Shown: positions 40,389-51,299, numbered from the stretch's first letter. The stretch is 64,000 nt of DNA from Bacteroidia bacterium (GCA_038320345.1 JBBQED010000015.1:6447-70446); one strand, 5' to 3'. Numbers and translations: made by a program. The notes: a model not told the origin generated them from the letters alone.

Positions 40389-41429
40389 TCACTTTACAGA
40401 AGCTACAATTTGCTTCACAAAGAGCTTTAAATCTCCTCTCAAAGCGAGTAAATCGCGCTGAAATGTACTTTGACTACTTCTATATCGATAAAATCCCATG
40501 AACCATGCATTGTTGGGCAGATGATCCCCCGGAAATTCAAATCGATATCTTTCAGGATAGTTGAGGGGTAATTGGTTGATTCCCAATATTAAGTCTTTGA
40601 TGAAAAAATACTTCTGAAGCTGCATTTTCTGAATATCCTGATCCTTAGCCATACTAGAATATAAACTATCCAATTGTTTACAGGCATTTACCATATAATC
40701 CCCGTACACTTCTTCATCTTTCTGCCTGCCCGTATATTTCTTTAATTCTTCGGATTCACTTCCATATTTTGATCTTAAAAAACGAAGCGCCCCTTGTTCT
40801 CCAATAAATGTGGCTAGATTCTCATTATAATCTACACTACCCGGGAGATATACTGTTGAATGTGTTAATTCATGGATGATGAGTTCTGCCAGATTTCCTT
40901 CATTTCTTCTGAGCATATTACTCAGCACCGGATCTCTAAACCACCCTAATGTCGACCATCCTCCAGTAGGTGAAAATTCAGTATCATAACCTTCCGCTTT
41001 TAATCTATTCTGCTCTGGAATTCCATTGTCACGAATAAAAAATCCCTTGTAGGATACTGCTCCCAGAAACGGAAATTTCCATTGATAAGGTTTCATCGAA
41101 AAAGCTTCGCAGGCAGTAAGTACCCATAACACTGGTTTCCCTTGCTGATCATAAAAAGTACTGTAATTTTTAGAGTCTTTTAGTCCTAATGAATCAATAG
41201 CGAATTTTCTGATCTCAGCAATCAGTAGAAGTTTACTGCGGATACTATCCGGACAAGTAGGATCTGCTAGTACTTCTTCAATGGGTTTTGCATTTTGAAT
41301 AATATGCATCTGTCCTCGAAGTTGAGCAATACCATAACTGATTAACTCATGGTAAAGGAGAGCAGAAATTAATAGCAGACCTGTTAACACCAGCAGTACA
41401 TACCGGATTACTTTTTTTATTTTCATCAT
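40389..41429 (-). CDS. Putative zinc aminopeptidase (PF10023-like, HExxH)
   Basis: Signal/TM region at the N-terminus and a HELTHS zinc motif. It overlaps the upstream DUF2723 gene by 4 bp. Confidence 0.65.
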   Translation of the reverse strand: MMKIKKVIRYVLLVLTGLLLISALLYHELISYGIAQLRGQMHIIQNAKPIEEVLADPTCPDSIRSKLLLIAEIRKFAIDSLGLKDSKNYSTFYDQQGKPVLWVLTACEAFSMKPYQWKFPFLGAVSYKGFFIRDNGIPEQNRLKAEGYDTEFSPTGGWSTLGWFRDPVLSNMLRRNEGNLAELIIHELTHSTVYLPGSVDYNENLATFIGEQGALRFLRSKYGSESEELKKYTGRQKDEEVYGDYMVNACKQLDSLYSSMAKDQDIQKMQLQKYFFIKDLILGINQLPLNYPERYRFEFPGDHLPNNAWFMGFYRYRSSQSTFQRDLLALRGDLKLFVKQIVASVK

Positions 41430-43333
41430 GCTGGACGGAACAGAAATTCCATTCTCTTTTTCATCTGTCGTTGAAGTTTTTTGATGCGTTGATAGCTGGC
41501 TTCCGATTGATTAAATAATTTGAGGTCACCAGTTTGACGATAGTACGTTCTACTGAAATCAAGTGCCGCCTCCAAATCAACTAACTTGTCAGCAGCAGCA
41601 GGTTCCATGAGTAGTCGTGGAGAATTCAGCCAGTTAAATGGCAATGCAGGAAATGTTTTACCTTGTTGTGTTGGGATAGAACTTACAAGGCATCCAGAGA
41701 TAAATGTGGAGGGAAATACTTGATATTGATTTAACGTAAGATAAGCTTTCGGATCTGCCATAAACGCAACATGATTTGAAGTGCAATATGCAAGGATGGC
41801 TTTAATGACATCGGTGTAGGAAGCTAGTAATTCCGGATTGTCAAGCGTACAACCTGTATTGTAAATTTCTAACGGATGGGCAGTACCTAAAAGTTCAATA
41901 AAATGATCGTATTCTTTTTGAATGCTTTTATACAACTGAGGATAGTTGTTAGGTAGTAATTTAAAATGGGTGAATTTCAAATCGTAATTCAACACAATTA
42001 AATCAGGACGAAAATTTAAATTATGGCGATAATAATTATAGGTAATAATGGTGGTCCAGTCAGCAATTAATACAACACTTCCCTTTGGTGCAGAATCATC
42101 AAGCGCTTTCATGAGCGATTCACTCACATCATAGTGACGCAAATCCGTTTTTGGAGCATTTAACCAGGCACCTATCACGAGAAAGATTGGAAAAATATTT
42201 TGCATGCGTACATCCCATTGCACTGCTTTCGCCATCCCAACTGGAAGTAAGATCGCGAGCATAAAAAACGGCATCACCATATAAGCGTCAGTATCTGCTG
42301 TCTGGTCGATGCGAAGTTGATAAATCAGTACGATTAAAAAGTAGCCAATAATTGCAAGTGGAAGACGCCTAAGTTTACGAGCAAAAAGTCCTGTAATTCC
42401 TAAGATCAAAAAGGGAATAAATAAAAAAATTTGTTCAAATGAAATTCGCATAAAGTAGGGAAAGCGCATTGCAACAATTCCGTTTACCGTTTGCTGAGTA
42501 TTTTTGATCCAAGCTCCTCCACTGATATGGTAAATCAGTCGCTTGAAATTATCAGGACTTCCAAATGCAAAATAGGAAATGCTTCCTGCTCTTATCATCA
42601 TACCTACATAAAAAACAAGAGTGATAGTCGCCGTAATTCCTGCGAACATTAAAAATTCTTTTCCACGGAAATAGCTATAGAAAGAGGGGCGTTCAACTTG
42701 CTTTTTCTTTTTCGTTTCCTGAATCACTTGAAGCCATCCCTTCGGCAAAAGCAATGCTAAAAACGGAGTAAATAAAAGCATTGTTAAATGATGATTTGCT
42801 AATCCCAATGCTAATCCTATCGCTGCAATGAAATGTCCTGATTTTCGCTCATCGATTTCATGTAAAACCAGTCCATAAAATAATATTGCTGTGGCTAAAA
42901 TTTGAAATCCATATACTTCAATCGAATGCGACCAATGCCAGATTGTACTGCCACAAATTGGAGTTAATCCGGTGATGATTGCAATGATGAAATGTGAATG
43001 GTTATGTAATTCCGGAAATAATTTTTCCGTAATCTTCCTACTCATTATACTTAGTAATCCTGCCGCCAATGCAACACAAATGGCCGAAAAAATAACCATC
43101 GATGCAAGATGTGAAAGTCCTGTAATTGCAGTTAGCGTACTCCAGCAATAGGAGCAAAATACATAAGCTGGAAAACCGGGTGCATGTGCAATTCCTGCAT
43201 AGAAACTTACGAGTGAAAATTCTCCGGCATCAGCAAATCCAAAGGAAGTGAAATTAGCATTCATCAGAGAGATGAATAGGGTAATTGCAAAAACTAAGAT
43301 CGTTTGCAGAGCAGGACTTTTCTTGATCATCAT
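41426..43333 (-). CDS. DUF2723 / TMEM260-like GT-C fold membrane protein
   Basis: 635 aa polytopic protein. The N-terminus (FADAGEFSLVSFYAGIAHAPGFPAY) is typical of DUF2723. It has a large C-terminal soluble domain. Confidence 0.7.
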   Translation of the reverse strand: MMIKKSPALQTILVFAITLFISLMNANFTSFGFADAGEFSLVSFYAGIAHAPGFPAYVFCSYCWSTLTAITGLSHLASMVIFSAICVALAAGLLSIMSRKITEKLFPELHNHSHFIIAIITGLTPICGSTIWHWSHSIEVYGFQILATAILFYGLVLHEIDERKSGHFIAAIGLALGLANHHLTMLLFTPFLALLLPKGWLQVIQETKKKKQVERPSFYSYFRGKEFLMFAGITATITLVFYVGMMIRAGSISYFAFGSPDNFKRLIYHISGGAWIKNTQQTVNGIVAMRFPYFMRISFEQIFLFIPFLILGITGLFARKLRRLPLAIIGYFLIVLIYQLRIDQTADTDAYMVMPFFMLAILLPVGMAKAVQWDVRMQNIFPIFLVIGAWLNAPKTDLRHYDVSESLMKALDDSAPKGSVVLIADWTTIITYNYYRHNLNFRPDLIVLNYDLKFTHFKLLPNNYPQLYKSIQKEYDHFIELLGTAHPLEIYNTGCTLDNPELLASYTDVIKAILAYCTSNHVAFMADPKAYLTLNQYQVFPSTFISGCLVSSIPTQQGKTFPALPFNWLNSPRLLMEPAAADKLVDLEAALDFSRTYYRQTGDLKLFNQSEASYQRIKKLQRQMKKRMEFLFRPA

Positions 43334-43404
43334 TCGAAATTTTTAAGAACCGAATTTATAAAAAAAAGCCCCGGATATTTCCGAGGCTCTCATTTCTTTA
43401 AGGA

Positions 43405-45192
43405 TTAAAAACAATATTTACCAGCTTCAATTAAAGTGGCTGCAATTCGACGACGTGATTCTTTAGTATTTACCGGAGTTGTTTTAGTAAACCGTTTTAA
43501 TCCCAAGAGCATCATCCTTTGCTCATCACCTTCCGCCATTGAATTAATGGCATTTTTACCGTTGACTTGAATACGATCTAATGCATCATTCAAATAAACT
43601 CTCATGATATCAATTTGATTCGCACATGCTGCTTCTCCTTTCATAGATACCAACTTTTGTACGCGGAGTAAAACAGATTCAGTATTGTAAGTATCGATGG
43701 CCATGTCAGCGATGTTCATGATAATTTCCTGTTCTTTAGCTAACGTCATCATGAATTTCTGTACTGCTGCTCCCGCAACCATCAGTATGCACTTTTTCAT
43801 ATTCGCTACTGCTCTCATTTCCTCTGCAAAAAGTGAAGTGTCAGCATTTCCGAATTCAGGAATTGCCATCAGTTCTTTTTGAACATTCATGGCTGGTCCC
43901 ATCAAGTCCAATTCGCCTTTCATCGCACGCTTTAAAATCATATCTACAGCAAGCAATCGATTGATCTCATTCGTGCCTTCGAATATTCGATTGATTCGTG
44001 AATCACGATACGAACGGTCCATCGGGAAGTCTGCCGAATAACCATATCCTCCATATACCTGAACACCTTCGTCAACTACATAGTCCAACACTTCGGATCC
44101 TTCTACTTTCAACATCGCACATTCAACAGCATATTCTTCTGCAGCACCTAATAATGCTTCCGCAAAAGATTTTCCATCTGCTAATAACCGTTGCTCCATT
44201 TCTTCGATCAGATGACTTACTCGATATAGAGAAGATTCTACTACAAATGTTCGGATGGCTTGTTCTGCAATTTTATGACGGATAGCGCCAAATTTTGCAA
44301 TCGGTAATTTAAATTGTATGCGAGTATTTGCATAATCAATGGTAGAAGTACACACTTTTTTACACGCTCCCAATGTTGCAGCTGCCAGTTTAGCTCTTCC
44401 AATATTCAAAATATTAAAGGCAATAAGATGTCCTTTTCCTATCGTTCCTAATACATTTTCTGCGGGGATTTTACAATCACTGAAAAATAATTGTCGCGTA
44501 GAAGATCCTTTGATTCCCATCTTATGTTCTTCTTCGCCCATACTTAATCCTTCCGTTCCTTTTTCAACGATGAATCCAGTGAACTTATCTCCGTCAACTT
44601 GCGCAAACACTGTGAATACATCTGCAAATCCTGCATTGGTAATCCACATTTTTTGTCCATTCAAGATATAATGTTTTCCATCAGGAGTTAATACCGCTTT
44701 TGTTTTTGCTGCGAGTGCATCTGATCCTGACCCAGGTTCAGTTAAGCAATAAGATCCTTTCCATTCTCCAGTCGCTAACTTTGGAAGATATTTTTTCTTT
44801 TGTGCTTCAGTGCCAAAATACATGATGGGTAATGTTCCGATTCCTGTATGCGCTGCCATCGCTACGCTGAAAGAATGACCGCCACCAAGTACTTCCGTGA
44901 TGAGCATGTTGGTCAGAAAATCTTTTCCTAATCCTCCGTACTCTTCAGGAATCGTAATTCCTAATAATCCTAACTCACCAGCTTTATCAAGCAATGAGGG
45001 CATCAATCCCGGTTCTAACGAATCGATTCGATCTAGATTGGGATAGATGTTTTGTTCCAGAAAATCATTGGCCATGTCGGCCATCATATGATGCTCTTCG
45101 TTGAATTGTTCAGGAATAAAAGTATCCTCAGGACTAGAATTTTTAATGATGAATTCTCCTCCTTTGAGTGCAGTTTTAATGCTCGTTTCCAT
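43405..45192 (-). CDS. Acyl-CoA dehydrogenase, long ~600-aa form
   Basis: ACAD N-terminal, middle and C-terminal domains plus a C-terminal extension. Confidence 0.85.
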   Translation of the reverse strand: METSIKTALKGGEFIIKNSSPEDTFIPEQFNEEHHMMADMANDFLEQNIYPNLDRIDSLEPGLMPSLLDKAGELGLLGITIPEEYGGLGKDFLTNMLITEVLGGGHSFSVAMAAHTGIGTLPIMYFGTEAQKKKYLPKLATGEWKGSYCLTEPGSGSDALAAKTKAVLTPDGKHYILNGQKMWITNAGFADVFTVFAQVDGDKFTGFIVEKGTEGLSMGEEEHKMGIKGSSTRQLFFSDCKIPAENVLGTIGKGHLIAFNILNIGRAKLAAATLGACKKVCTSTIDYANTRIQFKLPIAKFGAIRHKIAEQAIRTFVVESSLYRVSHLIEEMEQRLLADGKSFAEALLGAAEEYAVECAMLKVEGSEVLDYVVDEGVQVYGGYGYSADFPMDRSYRDSRINRIFEGTNEINRLLAVDMILKRAMKGELDLMGPAMNVQKELMAIPEFGNADTSLFAEEMRAVANMKKCILMVAGAAVQKFMMTLAKEQEIIMNIADMAIDTYNTESVLLRVQKLVSMKGEAACANQIDIMRVYLNDALDRIQVNGKNAINSMAEGDEQRMMLLGLKRFTKTTPVNTKESRRRIAATLIEAGKYCF

Positions 45193-45434
45193 AGTTGGTA
45201 AATTTTAATAAAAGATATACGATGGGATGATGGTTTTGTTCGACTTAACCTCACAAATTTGAGTATAACAATTGCTAATAACAAGGAATTGAGGCTACAA
45301 TATTGTTGATTTCCATCGTTTTCTGTCAAATATTGAATTTTTAATTTGAGAATCGGAGGTCTTTGCTTTTTTTATGTAAAATCATGTCGTTATTCCTACT
45401 TAGTCCTTCGCTCTTAATTCAGTAATTTTGAGGC

Positions 45435-46394
45435 ATGCAAACCATTACGGATACTGATCTTCATCTCGCAGCAAATTTTCTCGATAATGGGGAACTGATC
45501 GCCATTCCTACTGAAACAGTTTATGGTCTTGCTGGTAATGCCCTCAATGATACTACTGTGATGAATATTTTTCGGGTGAAGGAACGTCCTGCTTTTGATC
45601 CACTAATTGTTCATGTTGCTGATGCTGATGAAGTGATGCATTATGTTGTGGATATACCCTTGAGAGCGCAACAACTGATGGAAGCCTTTTGGCCGGGCCC
45701 ATTAACGATCGTGCTCAAAAAGAAATCTATTATTCCGGATCTCGTGACTTCAGGATTGGATACGGTAGGTATGCGAATGCCTTCACATCCCCTGACCTTG
45801 GAATTATTAAATCACCTGAAATTTCCTTTGGCAGCTCCTAGCGCAAATCCGTTTGGATATATTAGTCCTACCTCAGCAAAGCATGTGATGGATCAGCTGA
45901 GTGGTAAAATTCCATACATCCTCGATGGTGGAGATTGTAGCGTAGGCTTGGAATCAACTATTGTAGGATTTGAAGAAGATCGATGTGTAGTTTATCGTCT
46001 CGGGGGACTAACGCTAGAGGCTATCCGAAAAGTAGTTCCCGAATTAGAAATTCAGGTAAATATCTCGTCGGATCCTAAAGCTCCCGGGATGTTGAAGAGT
46101 CATTATGCTCCGCGGAAGCAATTATTGTTCGGTGATTTTAATACGATGAAACATCATCTCCGTGCAAAGCGTTGTGCAGTACTTTCTTTTGCGGAAAATG
46201 CAGAGGTGAGAGCAAATGCAGTGGTGTTTAAAATGCTTTCCCCAGAAAATAATATCGACGAAGCCGCTAGAAATTTATTCGCTGCTCTTCGCGAACTTGA
46301 CAATGCTGACGTAGATCTGATTATTGCTGAACCTGTTCCTGATTTCGGTCTTGGTAAAGCAATTAACGATCGTTTGAAGAGAGCAGCAGGTTAA
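45435..46394 (+). CDS. tsaC: L-threonylcarbamoyladenylate synthase, Sua5 type with C-terminal domain
   Basis: YrdC domain (ELIAIPTETVYGLAGNA) plus a Sua5 C-terminal domain. 319 aa. Confidence 0.85.
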   Translation: MQTITDTDLHLAANFLDNGELIAIPTETVYGLAGNALNDTTVMNIFRVKERPAFDPLIVHVADADEVMHYVVDIPLRAQQLMEAFWPGPLTIVLKKKSIIPDLVTSGLDTVGMRMPSHPLTLELLNHLKFPLAAPSANPFGYISPTSAKHVMDQLSGKIPYILDGGDCSVGLESTIVGFEEDRCVVYRLGGLTLEAIRKVVPELEIQVNISSDPKAPGMLKSHYAPRKQLLFGDFNTMKHHLRAKRCAVLSFAENAEVRANAVVFKMLSPENNIDEAARNLFAALRELDNADVDLIIAEPVPDFGLGKAINDRLKRAAG

Positions 46395-46403
46395 TGTAAT
46401 TTA

Positions 46404-47357
46404 CTAACGGACGAGCATATCCGTAGGAGCATCAAAATTATTACTTGGAAGTTTTTCAATGCCCATTTGTATGCGGAGTTCTTTCGCAGTTTGTGTGCTT
46501 CCATCATGACTCCAGCCTGGTGCCATAAGTAGATATTTTAACCGGATCGACCAGGGCAAATCTTTTTTTAGATCTTTTGCAAGATCAGAAAATTCATGGG
46601 TGATCATTTTTACAGGATGGTTTCGGAACTCCAACTCTTTCGTGATTCCAAATTTCACCGGCTCTTCTTTTAACTCTTCCTGAAAAGTTCCGAAAATACG
46701 ATCCCAAATGATTAATACCATTCCCATGTTTTTGTCCAAATAGATGATATTGCTCGCATGATGCACCCTATGATGTGCTGGACTCACAAACACAGTCTCA
46801 AACCACGCCGGCATCTTTTTGATGTATTGCGTATGTACCAATACCCCATATACTTGAGTCAACGAAAACATAAATAAAATGTCGATCGGTTGAAATCCTA
46901 GTAATGCTATCGGTATAAAATAAAGAAAGCGGTAAACAGGTTGTAAAACCGACGATCTGAAACCAGTGGTTAGGTTGAATTCCTCAGAAGAATGGTGGGT
47001 CACATGAACCGCCCAGAATAACCGGCAGTAATGATCTACCGAATGCTCTACATAAAAGGCTAGATCCTCTAAAATAAAGAGTAAAAACCAGTAAAGTACG
47101 GGCATGGTCCAGGTATCAATCAAACGATGCTTATAAAACCATACTAAAACCAATAAGTATATACCTCTGATAATTAGATCAATAGCTGCATTGGAAACGG
47201 TAAACCAAATATTAGTAATCGTTTCTCGGATCGAATAATAGCCTTTTGCTCTTAAATGACTCATAATAATTTCAAACGCAATGACTAAAGCATACAGCGG
47301 GGTGCTGATGAGCAATAGAATCTGTTCGTTGAAATTGATTTGTAGTCCGTGAAACAT
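46404..47357 (-). CDS. Sterol desaturase / fatty acid hydroxylase superfamily membrane protein
   Basis: Histidine boxes HSVDHY, HVTHH and HHRVHH. Confidence 0.8.
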   Translation of the reverse strand: MFHGLQINFNEQILLLISTPLYALVIAFEIIMSHLRAKGYYSIRETITNIWFTVSNAAIDLIIRGIYLLVLVWFYKHRLIDTWTMPVLYWFLLFILEDLAFYVEHSVDHYCRLFWAVHVTHHSSEEFNLTTGFRSSVLQPVYRFLYFIPIALLGFQPIDILFMFSLTQVYGVLVHTQYIKKMPAWFETVFVSPAHHRVHHASNIIYLDKNMGMVLIIWDRIFGTFQEELKEEPVKFGITKELEFRNHPVKMITHEFSDLAKDLKKDLPWSIRLKYLLMAPGWSHDGSTQTAKELRIQMGIEKLPSNNFDAPTDMLVR

Positions 47358-47442
47358 TGGCTAGCTTTAATCGGGATGGCAAAAATAAGCTTTGTTAGCA
47401 TTGCCAGCATGATATTTTCCTGAACTAACCAATTTAATAAAT

Positions 47443-48744
47443 CTAAATCTTTTCTAAGAGTAGGGGCAGACGTATGGTAAAAGTGGTGCCTTCTCCTAGC
47501 TGACTATCGATAGAGATACTTCCTTTATGCGCCTTCGTGATGATTTCAAAACTAATACTTAATCCTAAACCCGTTCCTTTACCACTCGTTTTGGTGGTGA
47601 AAAATGGTTCAAATATTTTTTCTTGAATTTCCTTCGGTATGCCAGGACCGTTATCTCTAATTTCTGTGATGGCCCATATTCCTTCCTTCCTTGTTTTGAT
47701 TAATAATTCAGGAAGGAAATCACTTTTAACTTGAAACTTTTCAATCAAGGCATCAGCAGCATTATTCATCAGATTGATAAATACTCGTTGAAGATCTTGC
47801 GCTACAGCATTGATCATGATGATTTCAGGATTTGCAATAAATCTGATAATTATTTTATTGAATACATCATCGGGTTTATGTCCTCCTTTAAATAATGAAA
47901 CACTATCTCGAACAACATGATTCAAATCAGCATCTTGATAATCGGTAGTATTGGTGCGGCTATGTTGTAACATGGAACGAACAATTTCTTCAGCTCTTTT
48001 TCCATGCTGATTAATGCGTGAAAGATTATCTTTCAACATGTCTCCCAATTCAATTCTTTCCTCTACATCATTACTTTCTTGAAGTTCATCTAACAGTTCT
48101 CCGGAAACTGCCGAAAAATTATTGACGAAGTTCAGTGGGTTCTGAATTTCATGTGCAATACCTGCAGTAAGTCGTCCTAAGGATGCCATCTTTTCAGAAT
48201 GAATCAACTGTTCCTGTGCAGTACTTAACTGTTCTAGTGTTTCTGCAAGTTGACGATTTCTTTCTAACAAATCTTTGGTGCGTTCATCTACCAAACTTTG
48301 TAATTCTTCCTCACGTAATTTCATTTGCTGAATCGTTGAATCGTTTAGTTTTCGTAAACGACGTATCAGTTCAGTGAGAATTTTCTGAAATACACTGGGA
48401 TTATGTTCGTAGATATTGAAGATTAATTCACGACTGATTTCTAGCAGATGTGATTCTTCTAATGCGGATACTGATAGTGATCGTGGGAATTTATCTAGCA
48501 ACGATAATTCACCAAAAAAATCACCTTCTCTTAAAGAAGCGACAGAATGTTCTCCATCATGAATTTTTACACTGCCGGAAGCAATGATATACATGGTATC
48601 TCCGAATTCACCTTTTCGGATAATTTCCGCGCCCGTCTTGTAGATGATGGGTCGAATCCTTTCCTCCAGAAAAGTCAAGTCATCTTCTGCTGTATCAGCA
48701 AAAATGGCGTTGCTTTTTAAAATCTGTCTGACACTAAGGTTCAT
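47443..48744 (-). CDS. Soluble sensor histidine kinase with an N-terminal cyclic-nucleotide-binding domain
   Basis: cNMP-binding motif GEFGDTMYII...FFGELSLLD, a coiled coil, an H-box (AHEIQNPL) and a HATPase_c domain (G-box GTGLGLSI). Confidence 0.8.
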   Translation of the reverse strand: MNLSVRQILKSNAIFADTAEDDLTFLEERIRPIIYKTGAEIIRKGEFGDTMYIIASGSVKIHDGEHSVASLREGDFFGELSLLDKFPRSLSVSALEESHLLEISRELIFNIYEHNPSVFQKILTELIRRLRKLNDSTIQQMKLREEELQSLVDERTKDLLERNRQLAETLEQLSTAQEQLIHSEKMASLGRLTAGIAHEIQNPLNFVNNFSAVSGELLDELQESNDVEERIELGDMLKDNLSRINQHGKRAEEIVRSMLQHSRTNTTDYQDADLNHVVRDSVSLFKGGHKPDDVFNKIIIRFIANPEIIMINAVAQDLQRVFINLMNNAADALIEKFQVKSDFLPELLIKTRKEGIWAITEIRDNGPGIPKEIQEKIFEPFFTTKTSGKGTGLGLSISFEIITKAHKGSISIDSQLGEGTTFTIRLPLLLEKI

Positions 48745-48873
48745 GTGGCGCTCTGAAGGTCATATCGGTCTCTCTACGGCCGATTCGATTTTTCAAAGAT
48801 AGTAAGTGAGCGCAAATATTCCTTTTTAGTGGTTTTAACGCTGGATCTTAGCAGATTAACAAACTTTAAAGGG

Positions 48874-49416
48874 CTATTTTCCTTTTATGGAAGCAGAATC
48901 TGGTTCAAAATCAAGGACAAGTGAATTCATGCAAAAACGTTTTCCTGTAGGTGGAGGACCATCATCAAAAATATGTCCCAGGTGTGAGTGGCATCGTCCG
49001 CACATCACTTCCACACGACTCATTCCATAGCTGTTATCTTCTTCATAAATTGCTGAATTCGGTCGGATCGTTTCAAAGAAACTAGGCCATCCGCAGCTAC
49101 TGCCAAATTTCGAATCCGATTTAAATAAAGCATTTCCGCAAACAGCGCAGTAATAGGTTCCTGTTCCTTCAAAATCCCAATATTTACCACTGAAGGCATA
49201 TTCAGTACCTTTATTTCGGGCAATATTGTAAACTTCAGCCGGTAGTACTTTCTTCCAATCACCATCACTCACAGTGAGAACAGTAGTATCGGTACGGGAG
49301 TAATATGGATTTTTATCTGACATTTTGGTGGTTGTTATTTCTTTAGGTTCCTGAGCCGATGTACAGGAAATGGTAAATAAAAGTAGTGCAAATGATACTG
49401 TTTTCAAAAGACGCAT
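48874..49416 (-). CDS. msrB: Peptide-methionine (R)-S-oxide reductase, secreted
   Basis: SelR domain with CGWPSF and RVEVMCGRCHSHLGHIFDDGP. The start was moved to the internal ATG (MRLLKTVSFALLLF signal peptide). Confidence 0.85.
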   Translation of the reverse strand: MRLLKTVSFALLLFTISCTSAQEPKEITTTKMSDKNPYYSRTDTTVLTVSDGDWKKVLPAEVYNIARNKGTEYAFSGKYWDFEGTGTYYCAVCGNALFKSDSKFGSSCGWPSFFETIRPNSAIYEEDNSYGMSRVEVMCGRCHSHLGHIFDDGPPPTGKRFCMNSLVLDFEPDSASIKGK

Positions 49417-49622
49417 GAGTGGAAGATAGATTGTTTTGCCGTTGATAGAACAATAATAAGGCAATTTGGTTTTAGAATTCATATACGATGTTCCTTGTTA
49501 CTTGGATTCTAGCCAACGAATTGGATATTGCAAATGAACTACTTTCTACATCAAAAAATTGTCTGCTGTCTGACAGATAAGTTTGCACAAAAAAATCCTA
49601 CATGGTAATGACAAACCTACTT

Positions 49623-50012
49623 TTAAAGCTCGTAAAGTTCTAAAGGAAGTAAATCAGGGTCATTGAAAAAAGTAAATCGCTTTCCGGTGATTTCATCTGT
49701 TCTGATGGCTTCGGACTTTACACCTTTTAGATGCAATTCTTTAATAGCATTTTCTAACTGATCCACTTCAAAGGCGAGATGCCGTAATCCGCATGCTTCC
49801 GGTTGAGAAACTCTTGATGGTGGAGTAGGGAAGGAGAAGAGTTCGATTATATAATTTCCCTGAAGTGCTAGATCGAGTTTATAGGAATTCCGTTCCTTGC
49901 GAAAAGTTTCTTGAAGAATAGTTAATCCGAGAATCTCCGTATAGAATTTTTTGGATGTCTCATAATCCGAGCAAATAATCGAAATATGATGAATACGATT
50001 GAGTAGTGACAT
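49623..50012 (-). CDS. VOC/glyoxalase family protein
   Basis: 129 aa with a glyoxalase-like fold (HHISIICSDYETSKKFYTEILG). Confidence 0.75.
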   Translation of the reverse strand: MSLLNRIHHISIICSDYETSKKFYTEILGLTILQETFRKERNSYKLDLALQGNYIIELFSFPTPPSRVSQPEACGLRHLAFEVDQLENAIKELHLKGVKSEAIRTDEITGKRFTFFNDPDLLPLELYEL

Positions 50013-50023
50013 TTCAAATAAAA

Positions 50024-50470
50024 TTATTCGAGTTCTAACTTACTGTCGAAATCAATATTGGTCCTTTTGTCAAAGTGAAATTCGATGTATTGGGCTTCCT
50101 CTTTTTTACCTGTAACATCATTCTTAACACGACCCATTTCGATTCCTTTACTATCGTAAGCTTTAATGGTTAATGCTCCATTGAATTCGCTCTTAAAAAT
50201 TACATAAACAGTTAGTAAATTATCCGTCGCACCTGAATCACTGCTAACCGTTGATTTTCCCAATGAAATACCTTTTGCGATCAAGTTGGCACTTGGTTTA
50301 ACAGTTACATCAAATGCTTTTTCCATGCCACTGGTAACTCCCGAAGCAAACTCACCAACTGCTTGGCCAGTAACATCTCCTGCTTGATTGATTTTTTCTT
50401 TGACAGCAGATCCCGAACATCCGACGAGGAATACGATGACAAAAGATAAGTAAATGCGTTTTAATTTCAT
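50024..50470 (-). CDS. Hypothetical lipoprotein
   Basis: Lipobox LVGCSGSA. No known domain. Confidence 0.45.
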   Translation of the reverse strand: MKLKRIYLSFVIVFLVGCSGSAVKEKINQAGDVTGQAVGEFASGVTSGMEKAFDVTVKPSANLIAKGISLGKSTVSSDSGATDNLLTVYVIFKSEFNGALTIKAYDSKGIEMGRVKNDVTGKKEEAQYIEFHFDKRTNIDFDSKLELE

Positions 50471-50510
50471 CTTGTAGTGAGCTATGGTTTTTAAATTTTT
50501 TTTTACTGAT

Positions 50511-51200
50511 TTAACTCAACATATAATCAACAACAGCCATCGAATGTAGATAAGTAGTATCAAAGGATGGTACTGCAATGTCTTCTGGTTTCAACAACAT
50601 CGGAATCTCTGTACACCCAAGAATAATTCCTTCTGCCCCGGCGGCAATAAGAGTATCTATGATTGCAAGGTATCTTTTTTTTGTCGATTCGAGGATGATT
50701 CCTCCTCCTAATTCTTCGCCAATAGTTCGATGTATAAATTGACGGTCTTCTTCATTAGGAATTATGCATTCAATTTTTTGTGCCGATAATTTATCTTTAA
50801 AAAAATCGAGTTCCATAGTGAATTTTGTACCCAACAATGCAACTTTTTTCAATTGCTGTTGATGGATTGCATTCGCTGTGGCAGTGGCAATGTGAATGAT
50901 CGGTAATTGAAGCTTTGCTTCTAGTTGGTCAGCAAGTTTATGCATAGTATTTGCACAAAGTACAATGGCTGTTGCACCACCTTTTTTGAGATCTCCTGCA
51001 GCGGATTCAATTATTTGAAAAGTGCTTTCCCAATCATCGCGTGCATTATTGTCAGTGATGCGTTGGTAATTGACGGAATACAAAAGTAGTTCAGCAAAAT
51101 TAAGTCTCCCTAATCGCTTGTTTACTTCTAAATTGATATAACGGTAATAATCTGCAGTAGAGAACCAACTTATTCCTCCAACGAGTCCTACTTTTTTCAT
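50511..51200 (-). CDS. Aspartate/glutamate/hydantoin racemase family protein
   Basis: 229 aa with two conserved Cys regions (ALCANTMH, GCTEIP). Confidence 0.8.
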   Translation of the reverse strand: MKKVGLVGGISWFSTADYYRYINLEVNKRLGRLNFAELLLYSVNYQRITDNNARDDWESTFQIIESAAGDLKKGGATAIVLCANTMHKLADQLEAKLQLPIIHIATATANAIHQQQLKKVALLGTKFTMELDFFKDKLSAQKIECIIPNEEDRQFIHRTIGEELGGGIILESTKKRYLAIIDTLIAAGAEGIILGCTEIPMLLKPEDIAVPSFDTTYLHSMAVVDYMLS

Positions 51201-51299
51201 TTTAATTTGAAATTATATGCAGGTCTCAAATTTAAGTGTCTTTTTTCAGATGATGTTATCGGATTGTTTAATTTAGTGATACCTTTTAATGATTTTACT

